A stretch of DNA of 64,000 nucleotides from Candidatus Taylorbacteria bacterium RIFCSPHIGHO2_01_FULL_51_15 (GTDB taxonomy: Bacteria > Patescibacteriota > Minisyncoccia > Phycocordibacterales > UBA10002). The notes beneath the pieces are model-generated. The model had not been told where the DNA came from. It ran no database searches and worked only from the letters and a program-made list of their open reading frames with translations. Where the stretch lies: positions 2,734-66,733 of the forward strand of contig MHRI01000030.1 in assembly GCA_001820935.1 (NCBI GenBank). Direction: 5' to 3'. Each line of letters opens with the position of its first letter. The first letter of the stretch is position 1. The translations under genes were made by a program, and so were the position numbers. Positions 1 to 9,090 of the stretch are shown one piece after another.

Positions 1-25
1 AAAGCGAGCCGCTGAGGAACTAGGT

Positions 26-220
26 ATGCCGCTCGGCACCATTATCAATGCTTTTTTACGCCAACTCGGACGCGATAAGGAAATTGCATTTTCAGTGCCG
101 TATAAACCCACCAAGTACTTGGAGCGGATTATCGACGAAGCAGAACGCGAGTGGAAAGCGGGGAAAGCGGCTGGGCCCTTTGCGACCGTGGCGGATTTGC
201 GAAAGAGTCTGGAATCGTAG
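26..220 (+). CDS. Type II antitoxin, RelB/DinJ-like. The reading frame is open back to nt 2, so the gene may be 5'-partial at the window edge.
   Basis: Small ORF directly upstream of and nearly abutting a RelE/YafQ-like toxin ORF. Size and helical, charged C-terminus fit DinJ/RelB antitoxins. Confidence 0.5.
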   Translation: MPLGTIINAFLRQLGRDKEIAFSVPYKPTKYLERIIDEAEREWKAGKAAGPFATVADLRKSLES

Positions 221-223
221 GCC

Positions 224-478
224 ATGCTGTACTACTCCGCTCGGTTTCGAAAGCAGTGGAAACGCCTGCCATTAAAGGTCAGGGACGAAGCCGCTTTACG
301 TCTGGAGACTTTGCAAGTACATGAGTTTGACTCTCTTCTCAACAATCACAAGCTCTCTGGCAAGTACGCTGAGTACCGAAGCATAAACGTAACCGGAGAC
401 ATCCGCATCGCTTACAAGCGGGGGCCGGACGGTTTTTACTTGTTTGCCATCGGGACGCACAGCGAGTTGTATAAATAA
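224..478 (+). CDS. Type II toxin, RelE/ParE/YafQ family mRNA interferase
   Basis: 84 aa. C-terminal 'IRIAYKRGPDGFYLFAIGTHSELY' matches the RelE/YafQ fold signature. Starts 3 nt after the antitoxin stop. Confidence 0.7.
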   Translation: MLYYSARFRKQWKRLPLKVRDEAALRLETLQVHEFDSLLNNHKLSGKYAEYRSINVTGDIRIAYKRGPDGFYLFAIGTHSELYK

Positions 479-549
479 CTCTCAACCTTACCTATTCGAA
501 AAATGGTTCAAGAATGAGTATGATAGGGGAGCGCAGTTTGTGAAAGTAG

Positions 550-1185
550 TTGGAAACTTGTAGAAATATGAACCTAAAGCAGATCAGAGATAATTCGCTG
601 AAAAAAGCTTGGGAAATTGGTGTAGAAATCCCTCCGACCTTGCCTTTGCTTGATGCGAATTTGAAGATGAAGAATACAGAGGAGGTGATTTCCCAAATGT
701 TAGTCGTTCATACAATGGCTGCTGTTGCGTATGGTTTTGAAACAGAGAAAGCCATTGAGTGGTTAAGAAATGAGGGAATATCTTCCCGCCTAACAGCTCG
801 TGAATCCTTGTTTTTACAATCAGGTAAGGATTCCGAACGGTTCAAGCAACAGATTGAGGGGTTGTGGGCATTGGCTTGGGTAATGCGGATTTTTGAGGGG
901 AGTTTTGACTTCACGAAAGATTGCGATAGTAACTTTGTAAGACTTCTGCCGAATCTTAAAACAGAAAATGCGGCAAACTTTCGCAAGAAGATAAGTCCCC
1001 GACCGTTATTGGAAGTACTGGGTGTACTTGATCTATCTTATTGTTTGCATTGGGCAATTCGGCAATCAAAGTTATCAGGACAGTTGATACTCAAGTTAAA
1101 AGAAAGTGTTGTCCTGGAGCGAAGAAGGGCTTTAGAGTGGTTATTCAGCGCAGAAGGTTGGGACGAGATAACATTGGATACTTAA
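550..1185 (+). CDS. Hypothetical protein (DUF4272-like)
   Basis: 211-aa ORF with no catalytic motif recognised. Overall pattern recalls DUF4272 family proteins. Confidence 0.4.
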   Translation: METCRNMNLKQIRDNSLKKAWEIGVEIPPTLPLLDANLKMKNTEEVISQMLVVHTMAAVAYGFETEKAIEWLRNEGISSRLTARESLFLQSGKDSERFKQQIEGLWALAWVMRIFEGSFDFTKDCDSNFVRLLPNLKTENAANFRKKISPRPLLEVLGVLDLSYCLHWAIRQSKLSGQLILKLKESVVLERRRALEWLFSAEGWDEITLDT

Positions 1186-1187
1186 AA

Positions 1188-2600
1188 ATGGTGGATTTCT
1201 CAAAAACAAATACAGTGCATTTTGTAGGCGTAGGGGGTATAGGGACGTCCGCTATCGCGCGGATGTTTGTGCTGGAAGGGAAGCGAGTGAGCGGCTCCGA
1301 CATGGCGGAGGGCGAAGTGACCAAAGCACTACAAGAGGTTGGAGTTGTGGTATACGTTGGAGATGCGAAGAGTAACCTTCCGGCAGATTGCGATCTCGTG
1401 ATTTACACGATTGCCATCCCGAAAGACCATCCTGAATTAGTTGAAGCGAAAAAGCGAAGGATTCCAATACTTTCGTACCCCGAAGCGCTTGGCATCATTT
1501 CGAAAGAGAAATACACTATTGCCATCACCGGCACACACGGCAAGACCACGACGACCGCGATGGTCGCGAAGATTTTGATTGATGCTGGGATGGATCCGAC
1601 GGTGATTGTGGGGAGTTTTTTGTTGGATGTTCCACCCCTCCTTTCTAAGGAGGGGCAGGGGGCGGTAACTACCCCCTCGGAGTCTCCCCCTTGGAAAGGG
1701 GGAGAGGCAAGACGGACTAACTTTGTCGCGGGTAAAAGCAAGTACTTGGTAGTTGAGGGCTGTGAATACTGCCGGTCATTCCTCAATCTGCATCCGAATA
1801 TTTTAGTTATTACGAACATAGATGCCGACCACCTCGACTATTATAAAGATATGGAAGACATCGTCTCCGCGTTCGTCGAACTCTCCCGTAAACTCCCCAA
1901 CGACGGATACCTCATTCTTGATTCACACGCGCCAAATGTGCAGGCGGTCGTGAAGCAATCACACACACAAAATGGCGACTTCGCCGCTCTCAAGTTACCC
2001 GAAGGGTTCAAACTGCACATCCCGGGGGCGCACAATCTCCTCAACGCGAAGGCGGCACTGGCTGTCGCAAAGGTACTCGACATTCCGGATAAACAAGCGC
2101 TCCGGTCACTTTCCGCATTCCGAGGGACATGGCGGCGGTTCGAATATCGAGGTAAGGCGAAGAACGGGGCGCTCGTGTACGATGACTATGGACATCACCC
2201 GACCGAGATCGAAGCGACACTACGAGGAACCCGGGAGTTATTCCCTCTAAATAAAGTGAGCGCTTCTGGGGGGTTGTCGCCTAAAATCGTCGTTGTATTC
2301 CAACCCCACCTTTATTCGCGCACGAAGCAGCATCTCCAAGGATTCGGCGTAGCGTTCAAAGGGGCGACGAACGTGATACTCCTTCCTATCTATCCTGCGA
2401 GGGAAGAAGATCCTGGCGGCATCAATTCACAGATGGTAGTGGATGAAGTGAAAAAAAACGGCAAAAACGCGCATCTCGTTAAGACTTTCGACGAGGCGGC
2501 AAAACTTGCCGTAGAGCTCTGCGGAGCCGGGGATGTAATCGTTACCCTTGGAGCGGGGGAGACAAACAAAGTTGCGGACATACTCGTTAGTAATAAGTAG
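1188..2600 (+). CDS. murC: UDP-N-acetylmuramate--L-alanine ligase MurC, carrying a ~29-aa in-frame insertion
   Basis: 'HFVGVGGIGTSAIARMF' N-terminal Rossmann motif. Mur ligase P-loop 'ITGTHGKTTTTAM'. 'NIDADHLDYY' motif. The 1041 ORF extension is rejected because the internal ATG at 1188 matches the MurC N-terminus. Confidence 0.9.
   Translation: MVDFSKTNTVHFVGVGGIGTSAIARMFVLEGKRVSGSDMAEGEVTKALQEVGVVVYVGDAKSNLPADCDLVIYTIAIPKDHPELVEAKKRRIPILSYPEALGIISKEKYTIAITGTHGKTTTTAMVAKILIDAGMDPTVIVGSFLLDVPPLLSKEGQGAVTTPSESPPWKGGEARRTNFVAGKSKYLVVEGCEYCRSFLNLHPNILVITNIDADHLDYYKDMEDIVSAFVELSRKLPNDGYLILDSHAPNVQAVVKQSHTQNGDFAALKLPEGFKLHIPGAHNLLNAKAALAVAKVLDIPDKQALRSLSAFRGTWRRFEYRGKAKNGALVYDDYGHHPTEIEATLRGTRELFPLNKVSASGGLSPKIVVVFQPHLYSRTKQHLQGFGVAFKGATNVILLPIYPAREEDPGGINSQMVVDEVKKNGKNAHLVKTFDEAAKLAVELCGAGDVIVTLGAGETNKVADILVSNK
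1632..1712. repeat. GC-rich palindromic element inserted in frame into murC
   Basis: Hairpins 'CCCCTCC-TTTCTAA-GGAGGGG' (1635-1655) and 'CTCCCCC-TTGGAAA-GGGGGAG' (1684-1704). They encode the extra loop 'PPLLSKEGQGAVTTPSESPPWKGGEARRT', which is absent from canonical MurC between the 'TVIVG' and 'YLVVEGCEY' segments. Confidence 0.7.
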
Positions 2601-2620
2601 CTAGTAGTTAGTAGAGAGAC

Positions 2621-3295
2621 ATGGCCACACTTTACATCGTCGGAACACCGATAGGGAACCTGGAAGACGTGACGCTAAGAGCGTTACGGATCTTAAAAGA
2701 AGCTGACGTTATCTTGTGTGAAGATAAGCGTGTCACTAAGCGACTTCTGGATAAATACGAAATAGCTGGGAGGGAGCTCGCGACTTACAATGAACAGCAA
2801 AGTGGAGTGGCGTCAGGAAAGATCATCGGCTGGCTGGAAGAAGGGAAGAACGTCGCGCTCGTCACGGACGCGGGCACGCCGGGAATTTCCGACCCGGGCT
2901 CAATGCTGGTCCAAAAAGTCCGTGAGGTACTACCGGACGCGAAAATAGAATCGGTGCCGGGGCCGAGCGCACTCACCGGTGCGCTCTCCATCGCAGGCGT
3001 GCCGGTGCATGACTTCGTATTCTTAGGATTCCTCCCGCACAAAAAAGGGAGGGAAACACTCTTTAAAGAGATCGCAATGTCAGAGCGTACGGTCGTGTTC
3101 TATGAATCTCCCCATCGGATATTGAAAACGCTTGAATCACTTGAGAAATTCGCGCCCGCAAAGAATATCACGATTGCCCGGGAGCTTACGAAAATACACG
3201 AAGAGGTAAAAAGCGGCTCCGCCGAGGAGCTTCTTAAGTTTTTCAAAGAAAATCCGGACAAAGTCAGAGGCGAATTCGTGGTGATTGTTTTCTAG
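2621..3295 (+). CDS. rsmI: 16S rRNA (cytidine1402-2'-O)-methyltransferase RsmI
   Basis: 'LYIVGTPIGNLEDVTLRALRILKEADVILCEDKR' is the tetrapyrrole-methylase-fold RsmI signature. Length 224 aa. Confidence 0.85.
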   Translation: MATLYIVGTPIGNLEDVTLRALRILKEADVILCEDKRVTKRLLDKYEIAGRELATYNEQQSGVASGKIIGWLEEGKNVALVTDAGTPGISDPGSMLVQKVREVLPDAKIESVPGPSALTGALSIAGVPVHDFVFLGFLPHKKGRETLFKEIAMSERTVVFYESPHRILKTLESLEKFAPAKNITIARELTKIHEEVKSGSAEELLKFFKENPDKVRGEFVVIVF

Positions 3296-3312
3296 TCGAA
3301 TTTACAAAAGAG

Positions 3313-3368
3313 AAATCCCTCCTTCGATAAGAATCGAAGTGCTCCCTTTGGGAAAGGGAGAATTAAGA
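3313..3368. repeat. Intergenic copy of the palindromic element family, placed as a bidirectional terminator between convergent genes
   Basis: 'AAATCCCTCC-CTTCGATAAGAATCGAAG-TGCTCCCTTTGGGAAAGGGAGAATTAAGA'. Nearly identical to the in-frame copy at 14468-14524. Two hairpins of 7 and 8 bp. Overlaps the stop codon of the minus-strand gene. Confidence 0.7.
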
Positions 3369-3716
3369 CAAAAGTGTGTCGATCTTTGCGGCCAGAATAA
3401 AATCATTTTCGGAAAGGCCGTCTATGGCGTGAGTAAATGACGTAATCTCCGCGTAGCCCCAGCCAAAAGTGATATCCGGGTGGTGACTCTCCGATTCGGC
3501 GAGGGATCCCACTTTGGTCACGAAAACGAGCGCTTCGGCGAAATTTTTGAAAGTGAATCGGCGCTTCAAATGATGATAGTCCACGATCTCCCAGTGCTCA
3601 ACTTGTTTATAAAGCTCCTCTATTTCGTTGGCCATGAGGTGAGCCCCGCTCGCCCCGGGACCGACTTCACAAGGCACGCATTTTTTGTTGGATAGATTTT
3701 GCATGTGATTCTTCAT
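3363..3716 (-). CDS. Pterin-4-alpha-carbinolamine dehydratase (PCD/DCoH family)
   Basis: 'ESHHPDITFGWGYAEI' matches the PCD signature [E-x-H-H-P-x5-6-(W/Y)]. 117 aa. Confidence 0.8.
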   Translation of the reverse strand: MKNHMQNLSNKKCVPCEVGPGASGAHLMANEIEELYKQVEHWEIVDYHHLKRRFTFKNFAEALVFVTKVGSLAESESHHPDITFGWGYAEITSFTHAIDGLSENDFILAAKIDTLLS

Positions 3717-3740
3717 GACAGTCTAATTAGTGAAACAGTA

Positions 3741-3776
3741 TAGCAAAAAAGCGCGCCATCCGATATGACGCGCTTT
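3741..3776 (-). terminator. Rho-independent terminator for minus-strand gene 3792..4301
   Basis: Hairpin AGCGCG-n13-CGCGCT followed on the minus strand by a T-run (plus-strand 'aaaaaa'). Confidence 0.5.
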
Positions 3777-3791
3777 GCGTTAAAGGAGAAT

Positions 3792-4301
3792 CTACAATTT
3801 CTCCAGAAGATCTGAGACTTCTTCTACGGAATCGAGAAGTATAGCCTCGAGTGAAAGCGGTGGGGTGTCTGTTGCTCCCGATTCAAGATTTTCATGTTTG
3901 CTTCCCAGGTAGAGCCTCCGTAATTTTCGGTGCGTGGCTTCAATAAGTTCCGGCTCCGATAGGTAGTACTGCTCTGGATGGAAGCGTCTTACCCATCGTG
4001 CATGCCAGACTGATGTGGGGTCAGTGTCGATTTTTACGAGCTCAATCCATTTGCATTTACATCTTGCAAACGTGAGTTTAATTGGACGTCGTATAAACCA
4101 ACGCCATTTACCCTCGGGACTTTTGTATGAGATTACCTCATCGAGTGGAAGCAATATCTTGTGGATCCGAGTAACGAACGTGCAGCCACATTCCTTTCTT
4201 CGGCAACGACGTGAAATGCGTTTTGATAGGCGGTAGGAGAACCAAAGGAGCGCAAAGAAGCAACACGCTGAAAGCGCACCGAGGAAGAAATCAGTCTTCA
4301 T
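3792..4301 (-). CDS. Hypothetical basic, Cys-rich protein with an N-terminal membrane anchor
   Basis: 169-aa ORF with an N-terminal hydrophobic segment 'FLGALSACCFFALLWF'. No recognisable domain. Confidence 0.4.
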   Translation of the reverse strand: MKTDFFLGALSACCFFALLWFSYRLSKRISRRCRRKECGCTFVTRIHKILLPLDEVISYKSPEGKWRWFIRRPIKLTFARCKCKWIELVKIDTDPTSVWHARWVRRFHPEQYYLSEPELIEATHRKLRRLYLGSKHENLESGATDTPPLSLEAILLDSVEEVSDLLEKL

Positions 4302-4388
4302 ATCTGGGCATAGTATACATAAAAAAGAACAAAATAGTTATGGTCTATTTTTTAGCATGTTTAGTGGAGCTGTACTATACTAGAGGGC

Positions 4389-4619
4389 ATGCGTAAATAT
4401 AGCGTGCACGTTTGGCTTGTGGTGTTTCTCCTCCTTCTCCCATTCTTAGGGATTCCTACAGGTTGGAAGAAGACACTTGCGATACTGACGCTTCTTTTTA
4501 TCGCCGTTCGCGTACTTCTCTCGCACTCTCGGCATTACCTTGAGAAAGATGAGATGTTTTCTGAAGCAGAGCACAAGGTCGAAGGTGCTTCCCAAGAACA
4601 GTCGATCTCCCATGACTAG
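4389..4619 (+). CDS. Hypothetical small membrane protein
   Basis: 76 aa with two hydrophobic helices. No homology recognised. Confidence 0.3.
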   Translation: MRKYSVHVWLVVFLLLLPFLGIPTGWKKTLAILTLLFIAVRVLLSHSRHYLEKDEMFSEAEHKVEGASQEQSISHD

Positions 4620-4644
4620 ATTTTCTTCGTTGCGCTAGAACATC

Positions 4645-5946
4645 ATGCCCGCCTTTCCACGTCGGCGAAAGACTCCTTACATTGGTGTCTTCAGAAAAAC
4701 ACCTTTCCTTTGCGCGATCATCGCCATCTTCTCGGTCGGACTCTATTTCGGGTTACCACTCGTGCTGAAGAAGAGTTATCAGCCTTTACTCCCCGCCGCC
4801 GCGGGCGAAGCGGTTCTCGAAGCGGCAATGACCCCCGCCGTCATCCACCTCAAAACGCCGATGCCGCAAAAGGCCATTTATATGACAAGTTGTGTCGTTG
4901 GCACACCCTCTTTTCGTCATGATCTCGTGAGCCTTGTCGAAGAAACGGAAATAAACAGCCTTGTGATTGATATCAAAGATTACTCGGGCATGCTCTCATT
5001 CACCCCAAAGGGGGAAGCACTAAAGGAGTTTATATCGACGAGGTGTATGGCTCCGGACATGCAAGAGTTTATACAAACGCTCCACGAAAAAGGGATTTAT
5101 GTCATTGGACGTATCACCGTGTTTCAAGATCCATTTCTCGCGAAACGGCGGCCTGATCTTGCCGTAAAGAAGGCGAGTAATGGCACGACGTGGCAGGATT
5201 ATAAAGGCATTAGCTTTACCGATCCCGGTGCAGAGGAGGTGTGGAAGCATATTGTCGACATCTCAAAGGAAGCTTACGCGATCGGCTTTGACGAACTCAA
5301 TTTTGATTACATCCGGTTTCCTTCTGACGGGCCTATGTCGGACATTGCCTTCCCCTGGAGCGAGAGTCGCAAAAAGGCTGACGTGCTGGAAGATTTCTTC
5401 GCCTACCTTTCAAAGGAGCTTCGGCCCATGGGGATCGTACTCTCCGCTGACCTATTCGGCATGACCACGACGAACACTGACGATCTCAACATCGGCCAGG
5501 TGCTTGAGAGAGCCGCGCCGCACTTCGACTATATCGCGCCGATGGTCTACCCTTCGCATTACCCTCCGAGGTTTAATGGCTGGGCGAATCCGAACGAGTA
5601 CCCCTATGATGTCGTTAAGTTCTCCATGGGAAGCGCCGTGAAGCGTTTTCTCGCCACCTCCACGCCTGTCGCGCTTCGCGGGGTAGAGCCGATTGCTTCT
5701 ACGACGCTCCCGCAAAGCTCTGTCGCGGGGCAAGCTCCGCTACTCTATCCTAAAGAATCATGGAATCCGGAGAAGCTCCGGCCCTGGCTTCAGGATTTTG
5801 ACTATGGCGGCAACTACGATATCGCGGAAGTTAAAGCCCAGATTACGGCGGTGTATGACGCGGGACTCACAAGTTGGATGCTCTGGGCTCCGTCGAATCG
5901 ATACACAAAGGGGGCCTTGGAAGGCGAGCAAGTATTGACGGATTAG
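4645..5946 (+). CDS. Membrane-anchored putative glycoside-hydrolase-like TIM-barrel protein (GHL/DUF4015-type)
   Basis: N-terminal TM helix, then 'AIYMTSCVVGTPSFRHDLVSLVEETEINSLVIDIKDY' and 'GFDELNFDYIRFP' segments typical of the 'putative glycoside hydrolase' family found in polysaccharide loci. Confidence 0.5.
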   Translation: MPAFPRRRKTPYIGVFRKTPFLCAIIAIFSVGLYFGLPLVLKKSYQPLLPAAAGEAVLEAAMTPAVIHLKTPMPQKAIYMTSCVVGTPSFRHDLVSLVEETEINSLVIDIKDYSGMLSFTPKGEALKEFISTRCMAPDMQEFIQTLHEKGIYVIGRITVFQDPFLAKRRPDLAVKKASNGTTWQDYKGISFTDPGAEEVWKHIVDISKEAYAIGFDELNFDYIRFPSDGPMSDIAFPWSESRKKADVLEDFFAYLSKELRPMGIVLSADLFGMTTTNTDDLNIGQVLERAAPHFDYIAPMVYPSHYPPRFNGWANPNEYPYDVVKFSMGSAVKRFLATSTPVALRGVEPIASTTLPQSSVAGQAPLLYPKESWNPEKLRPWLQDFDYGGNYDIAEVKAQITAVYDAGLTSWMLWAPSNRYTKGALEGEQVLTD

Positions 5947-6090
5947 ACTTCCTGTACTGTATAGATTTGCGCACATTGAGGGATTTTGGGCCATAGTGTA
6001 GCCTTGCTATAGTGCTCGCAACACCTCGGTTCGCTGATCTGCCAGCGGTCCGAGAAGGGATCACCCACAACCAAACCTCATACTAAACGT

Positions 6091-6459
6091 ATGCAAAAAC
6101 CCACCGGTGACGCAGAAGTGGATGCGTCGGTTGGACAGGCGCCTCTCTTTGAGGCGGTCGAGGAGTACAAGCGCGGACGGCAATTGGAGCCAGGGGATCG
6201 GCTGCGCCTACTCAAGGTAATCAACCCGACGCTAGGCCTCGAGCGTGCTGTGCTCGCGGTCAAGGCGTTTAGCCAGGGTACATTCACGAAGGCCGTGGTC
6301 GAAGCATGGCTCTTCTTCGGGAATCACTGGTTCCAAACACTACGAAGTTGGTTTCTCATGCAGGTCCGCCGAATTCGTCTTTCGACGGCAGATCTGCTTT
6401 TGCCGGAGCGCAAGAGCCACTTCATCGTCCTCACGCGCCATCACGTGTTTTGCGCGTAG
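6091..6459 (+). CDS. Hypothetical protein (orphan gene in a GC-rich segment)
   Basis: 122-aa ORF followed by its own terminator at 6510-6543. No homology recognised. Confidence 0.35.
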   Translation: MQKPTGDAEVDASVGQAPLFEAVEEYKRGRQLEPGDRLRLLKVINPTLGLERAVLAVKAFSQGTFTKAVVEAWLFFGNHWFQTLRSWFLMQVRRIRLSTADLLLPERKSHFIVLTRHHVFCA

Positions 6460-6509
6460 GTGGAATCAGCAGTTTAGAGTTCAGTCGCGCTAGGAAATGC
6501 GACCCACAG

Positions 6510-6543
6510 CCTCTCTCGTCGTTTCGCGAGAGAGGTTCTTTTA
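6510..6543 (+). terminator. Rho-independent terminator
   Basis: 'CCTCTCTCG-tcgtttcg-CGAGAGAGG' 9-bp stem followed by 'TTCTTTTA'. Confidence 0.55.
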
Positions 6544-6719
6544 TGCACGTTCTCTAGACACACATTCTTTTCTATAGTAAGCTACGAATCCAGTAGCGTC
6601 TTTACTCCGGTCTTCATGTGCGCGCCGACAGCGTTTGCCGGCTACCAAAGCACGGGAGTCTGGGGACGCGAAGCTCTTGCGGGTATCCAATGTATGGACC
6701 CCGCGAACAATAAAAAGTT

Positions 6720-7034
6720 ATGGCAGCACGACTGGATCGTTTGGAACGTTTGTTTACACAATCCGACACAGACGCCGAGGCCAACAATTACTTAACGTGG
6801 GACCATCTGCGTGAGGCGGTGAAAAAACCGAGCCGCGAGCAAATTTTAGCTCTGCCGCTACACGAACGGACGAATGTGCCCATCGCCTTCGTTGAGGCGG
6901 CGAAGATTGACTATGTCCCCGGGCCACCTGGCTTGCCCCAATTTGTCGGCTCTGCGGACGAGGTCGCGCAGTATCGAGCAGGTTTGGCTGACCTCAGTGT
7001 GGGCACGGGGAATCGTAGCCGATGGAGGTCCTAA
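6720..7034 (+). CDS. Hypothetical protein
   Basis: 104-aa ORF ending 30 nt before a strong terminator. No homology recognised. Confidence 0.4.
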   Translation: MAARLDRLERLFTQSDTDAEANNYLTWDHLREAVKKPSREQILALPLHERTNVPIAFVEAAKIDYVPGPPGLPQFVGSADEVAQYRAGLADLSVGTGNRSRWRS

Positions 7035-7062
7035 TCTCGCCATTCTCTCGTCGGTATTTTCG

Positions 7063-7098
7063 GGTGCGGCTAAGAATTGGCCGCACCTTTTCATTTTT
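7063..7098 (+). terminator. Rho-independent terminator
   Basis: 'GGTGCGGC-taagaattg-GCCGCACC' followed by 'TTTTCATTTTT'. Confidence 0.65.
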
Positions 7099-7128
7099 CT
7101 GCCCACAAAAGGTATACTATTGGAGTAT

Positions 7129-9072
7129 ATGGCCCTCCATTCTCAAAGCAAGCCCGAACCTATTACCTACTTTGGGCAGACCGACTCTCGAGGAAAGCGC
7201 GTCCCCTTCGGTATCAAGGAGCGGGACCGATCGCGGCACATGTACGTGATCGGGAAGACCGGCATGGGCAAGTCCACCTTGCTTGAAAACATGGCGATTC
7301 AGGATATCCGCAATAACCACGGGGTATGCTTTATCGACCCTCACGGAAAGACCGCGGACCTCCTCCTTGACTACGTTCCCGAGCACCGCTTGAAGGATGT
7401 CCTCTATTTCGCGCCTTTCGACATGGACTTTCCGGTGGCCTTCAACATCATGGAGGATGTGGGTCCTGACAAGCGGCATCTTGTGGTCAACGGTCTCATG
7501 GCCACTTTCGAAAAAATCTGGGTGGACGCGTGGAGCGCGCGCATGGCCTACATCTTACAAAACACACTCCTCGCTCTTCTTGAATATCCTGACTCGACAC
7601 TCCTTGGCGTGAACCGGATGCTCGTCGATAAAGAATATCGAAAACTCGTGGTGAATAATGTTTCCGACCCGTCGGTCAAATCCTTTTGGGTTGATGAATT
7701 CGCGAAGTACACCGATCGCTACACTCAAGAAGCAACACCTGCGATCCAAAACAAAGTAGGTCAATTTACCTCGAATCCGCTCATCCGCAATATCGTGGGA
7801 CAGTCGAAATCCACCTTCGATCTTCGAAAGCTCATGGACGAGCACAAGATCATTATCGTGAACCTCTCAAAGGGAAAGGTGGGCGAGGGGAACGCGAACC
7901 TCCTCGGGAGCATGTTTATCACGAAGGTCTATCTTGCCGCGATGTCTCGCGCGGACGTCACGGAACAGGAACTTCAGAAACTTCCGAATTTTTATCTCTA
8001 CGTCGACGAGTTTCAATCATTCGCCAATAAAAGTTTTGCCGATATTCTCTCCGAGGCTCGAAAGTACAAACTTAATCTCACGCTCGCGCATCAATACATC
8101 GAGCAGATGGAGGAAGAGGTGCGTGCGGCAGTCTTTGGGAACGTCGGCACCATGGCGGTCTTTCGGGTAGGCGCGTTTGACGCGGAATTTTTAGAAAAAG
8201 AATTCGCGCCCGCGCTTCTCGCGGAGGACCTCGTGAACTTAGGCATCTATCAGATCTACCTTAAGCTCATGATCGACGGCGTAACCTCGCCTCCATTCTC
8301 GGCAGTCACTATTCCTCCGATTGAGAGACAGCCAAAGTCTTATCGTGAAGAAGTGCTCGCGCATTCTCGGACGACTTTCGCGCGCCCGCGCGAAATCGTG
8401 GAGAATGAGATAAAGGAATGGCACGCGCCGATACTGCCACCTCCTAAGGAGCGTAAGGAACCCTCACTTCGTGCAGGAGAGACCCCTCGAGAACCTGAAC
8501 GAAATCCGCCTGTGGCTGCGGCTTCGCCTTCACCGCAAGAACCGCCCCGAGCGCCCCTGTCCGCAAGGCCACTCTCGCCGCCTCCACGCGCGCCCGAGAG
8601 ACGTTCCGCTGTTCCCCCAGAGGCTCGGACTCACCCTCGAACCCCACCTTCACCTACGCCTCCGATTTCGCTCTCGAATCTTCGGCGAGGGGCCAAAAAA
8701 GAACACACGTCCCAAGGACCTCGTTCTCTCGGAGGTGAGGATGCGCGCCGATCCGAACTTCGTAAAGCGCTTTTGGCGGTTCTCGAGTCACCCTCAAAGA
8801 CTCTTGGAGAAGTAAAGAGTTCCGGCCCGCCAGAACTTACCCCAGAGCGTTCTTCGCCCCTCACGTTGCAGACTTCTCCCGAGAGCCTTTCACCGAAAGG
8901 CAAAGAGCAAAGGGAAGCGAGCACCTCCGTCCGAAAAGCTTCCGTGTCGCCGCAAGGAGGGGAGAGAAGTGAGATTCCCGAAGACTTGCTTCGCCAGCTT
9001 CTTACGGTAGAGGTCCCTCCCCAAAGACCTAAAACGCCGCCTCACGCTCCTCCACCGCGCACGCAACCTTAG
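7129..9072 (+). CDS. TraD/VirD4/TraG-like P-loop NTPase (type IV secretion coupling-protein-like) with a long Pro/Ser/Arg-rich disordered C-terminal tail
   Basis: Walker A 'YVIGKTGMGKST'. Walker B 'FYLYVDEFQSF'. 'KLNLTLAHQYIEQ' segment. No N-terminal TM. Residues from about nt 8400 onward are low-complexity P/S/R/E-rich. The start is moved to ATG 7129 because upstream codons run through a terminator. Confidence 0.65.
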   Translation: MALHSQSKPEPITYFGQTDSRGKRVPFGIKERDRSRHMYVIGKTGMGKSTLLENMAIQDIRNNHGVCFIDPHGKTADLLLDYVPEHRLKDVLYFAPFDMDFPVAFNIMEDVGPDKRHLVVNGLMATFEKIWVDAWSARMAYILQNTLLALLEYPDSTLLGVNRMLVDKEYRKLVVNNVSDPSVKSFWVDEFAKYTDRYTQEATPAIQNKVGQFTSNPLIRNIVGQSKSTFDLRKLMDEHKIIIVNLSKGKVGEGNANLLGSMFITKVYLAAMSRADVTEQELQKLPNFYLYVDEFQSFANKSFADILSEARKYKLNLTLAHQYIEQMEEEVRAAVFGNVGTMAVFRVGAFDAEFLEKEFAPALLAEDLVNLGIYQIYLKLMIDGVTSPPFSAVTIPPIERQPKSYREEVLAHSRTTFARPREIVENEIKEWHAPILPPPKERKEPSLRAGETPREPERNPPVAAASPSPQEPPRAPLSARPLSPPPRAPERRSAVPPEARTHPRTPPSPTPPISLSNLRRGAKKEHTSQGPRSLGGEDARRSELRKALLAVLESPSKTLGEVKSSGPPELTPERSSPLTLQTSPESLSPKGKEQREASTSVRKASVSPQGGERSEIPEDLLRQLLTVEVPPQRPKTPPHAPPPRTQP

Positions 9073-9090
9073 CCGCTAGCTCGCTTTCCC

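Noticed and set aside
5975-6075. Possible tRNA or small structured RNA in the spacer after the glycoside-hydrolase-like gene ('GGGCCATAGTGTAGCC...GGTTCGCTGATC')
   Set aside because: Cannot be folded into a cloverleaf. There is no 7-bp acceptor stem, no canonical T-loop (GTTCRANYC) context and no CCA or discriminator arrangement. More likely promoter or leader sequence for ORF 6091.
6874-7128. N-terminal extensions offered by the ORF track (6874 for the ATPase; also 1041 for murC, 18442 for asnB, 48235 for the MTase, 43966 for fcl, 45011 for GT4, 29891 for the C-MTase, 20452 for the orphan gene)
   Set aside because: Extensions run through terminators or the coding sequence of the upstream gene. 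Internal ATGs coincide with conserved family N-termini, often as ATGA overlaps.
8398-9069. Pro/Ser-rich stretch considered as a separate collagen-like or repeat protein gene
   Set aside because: It is in frame and continuous with the TraD/VirD4-like ATPase. No periodic repeat unit is detectable. Treated as a disordered C-terminal tail.
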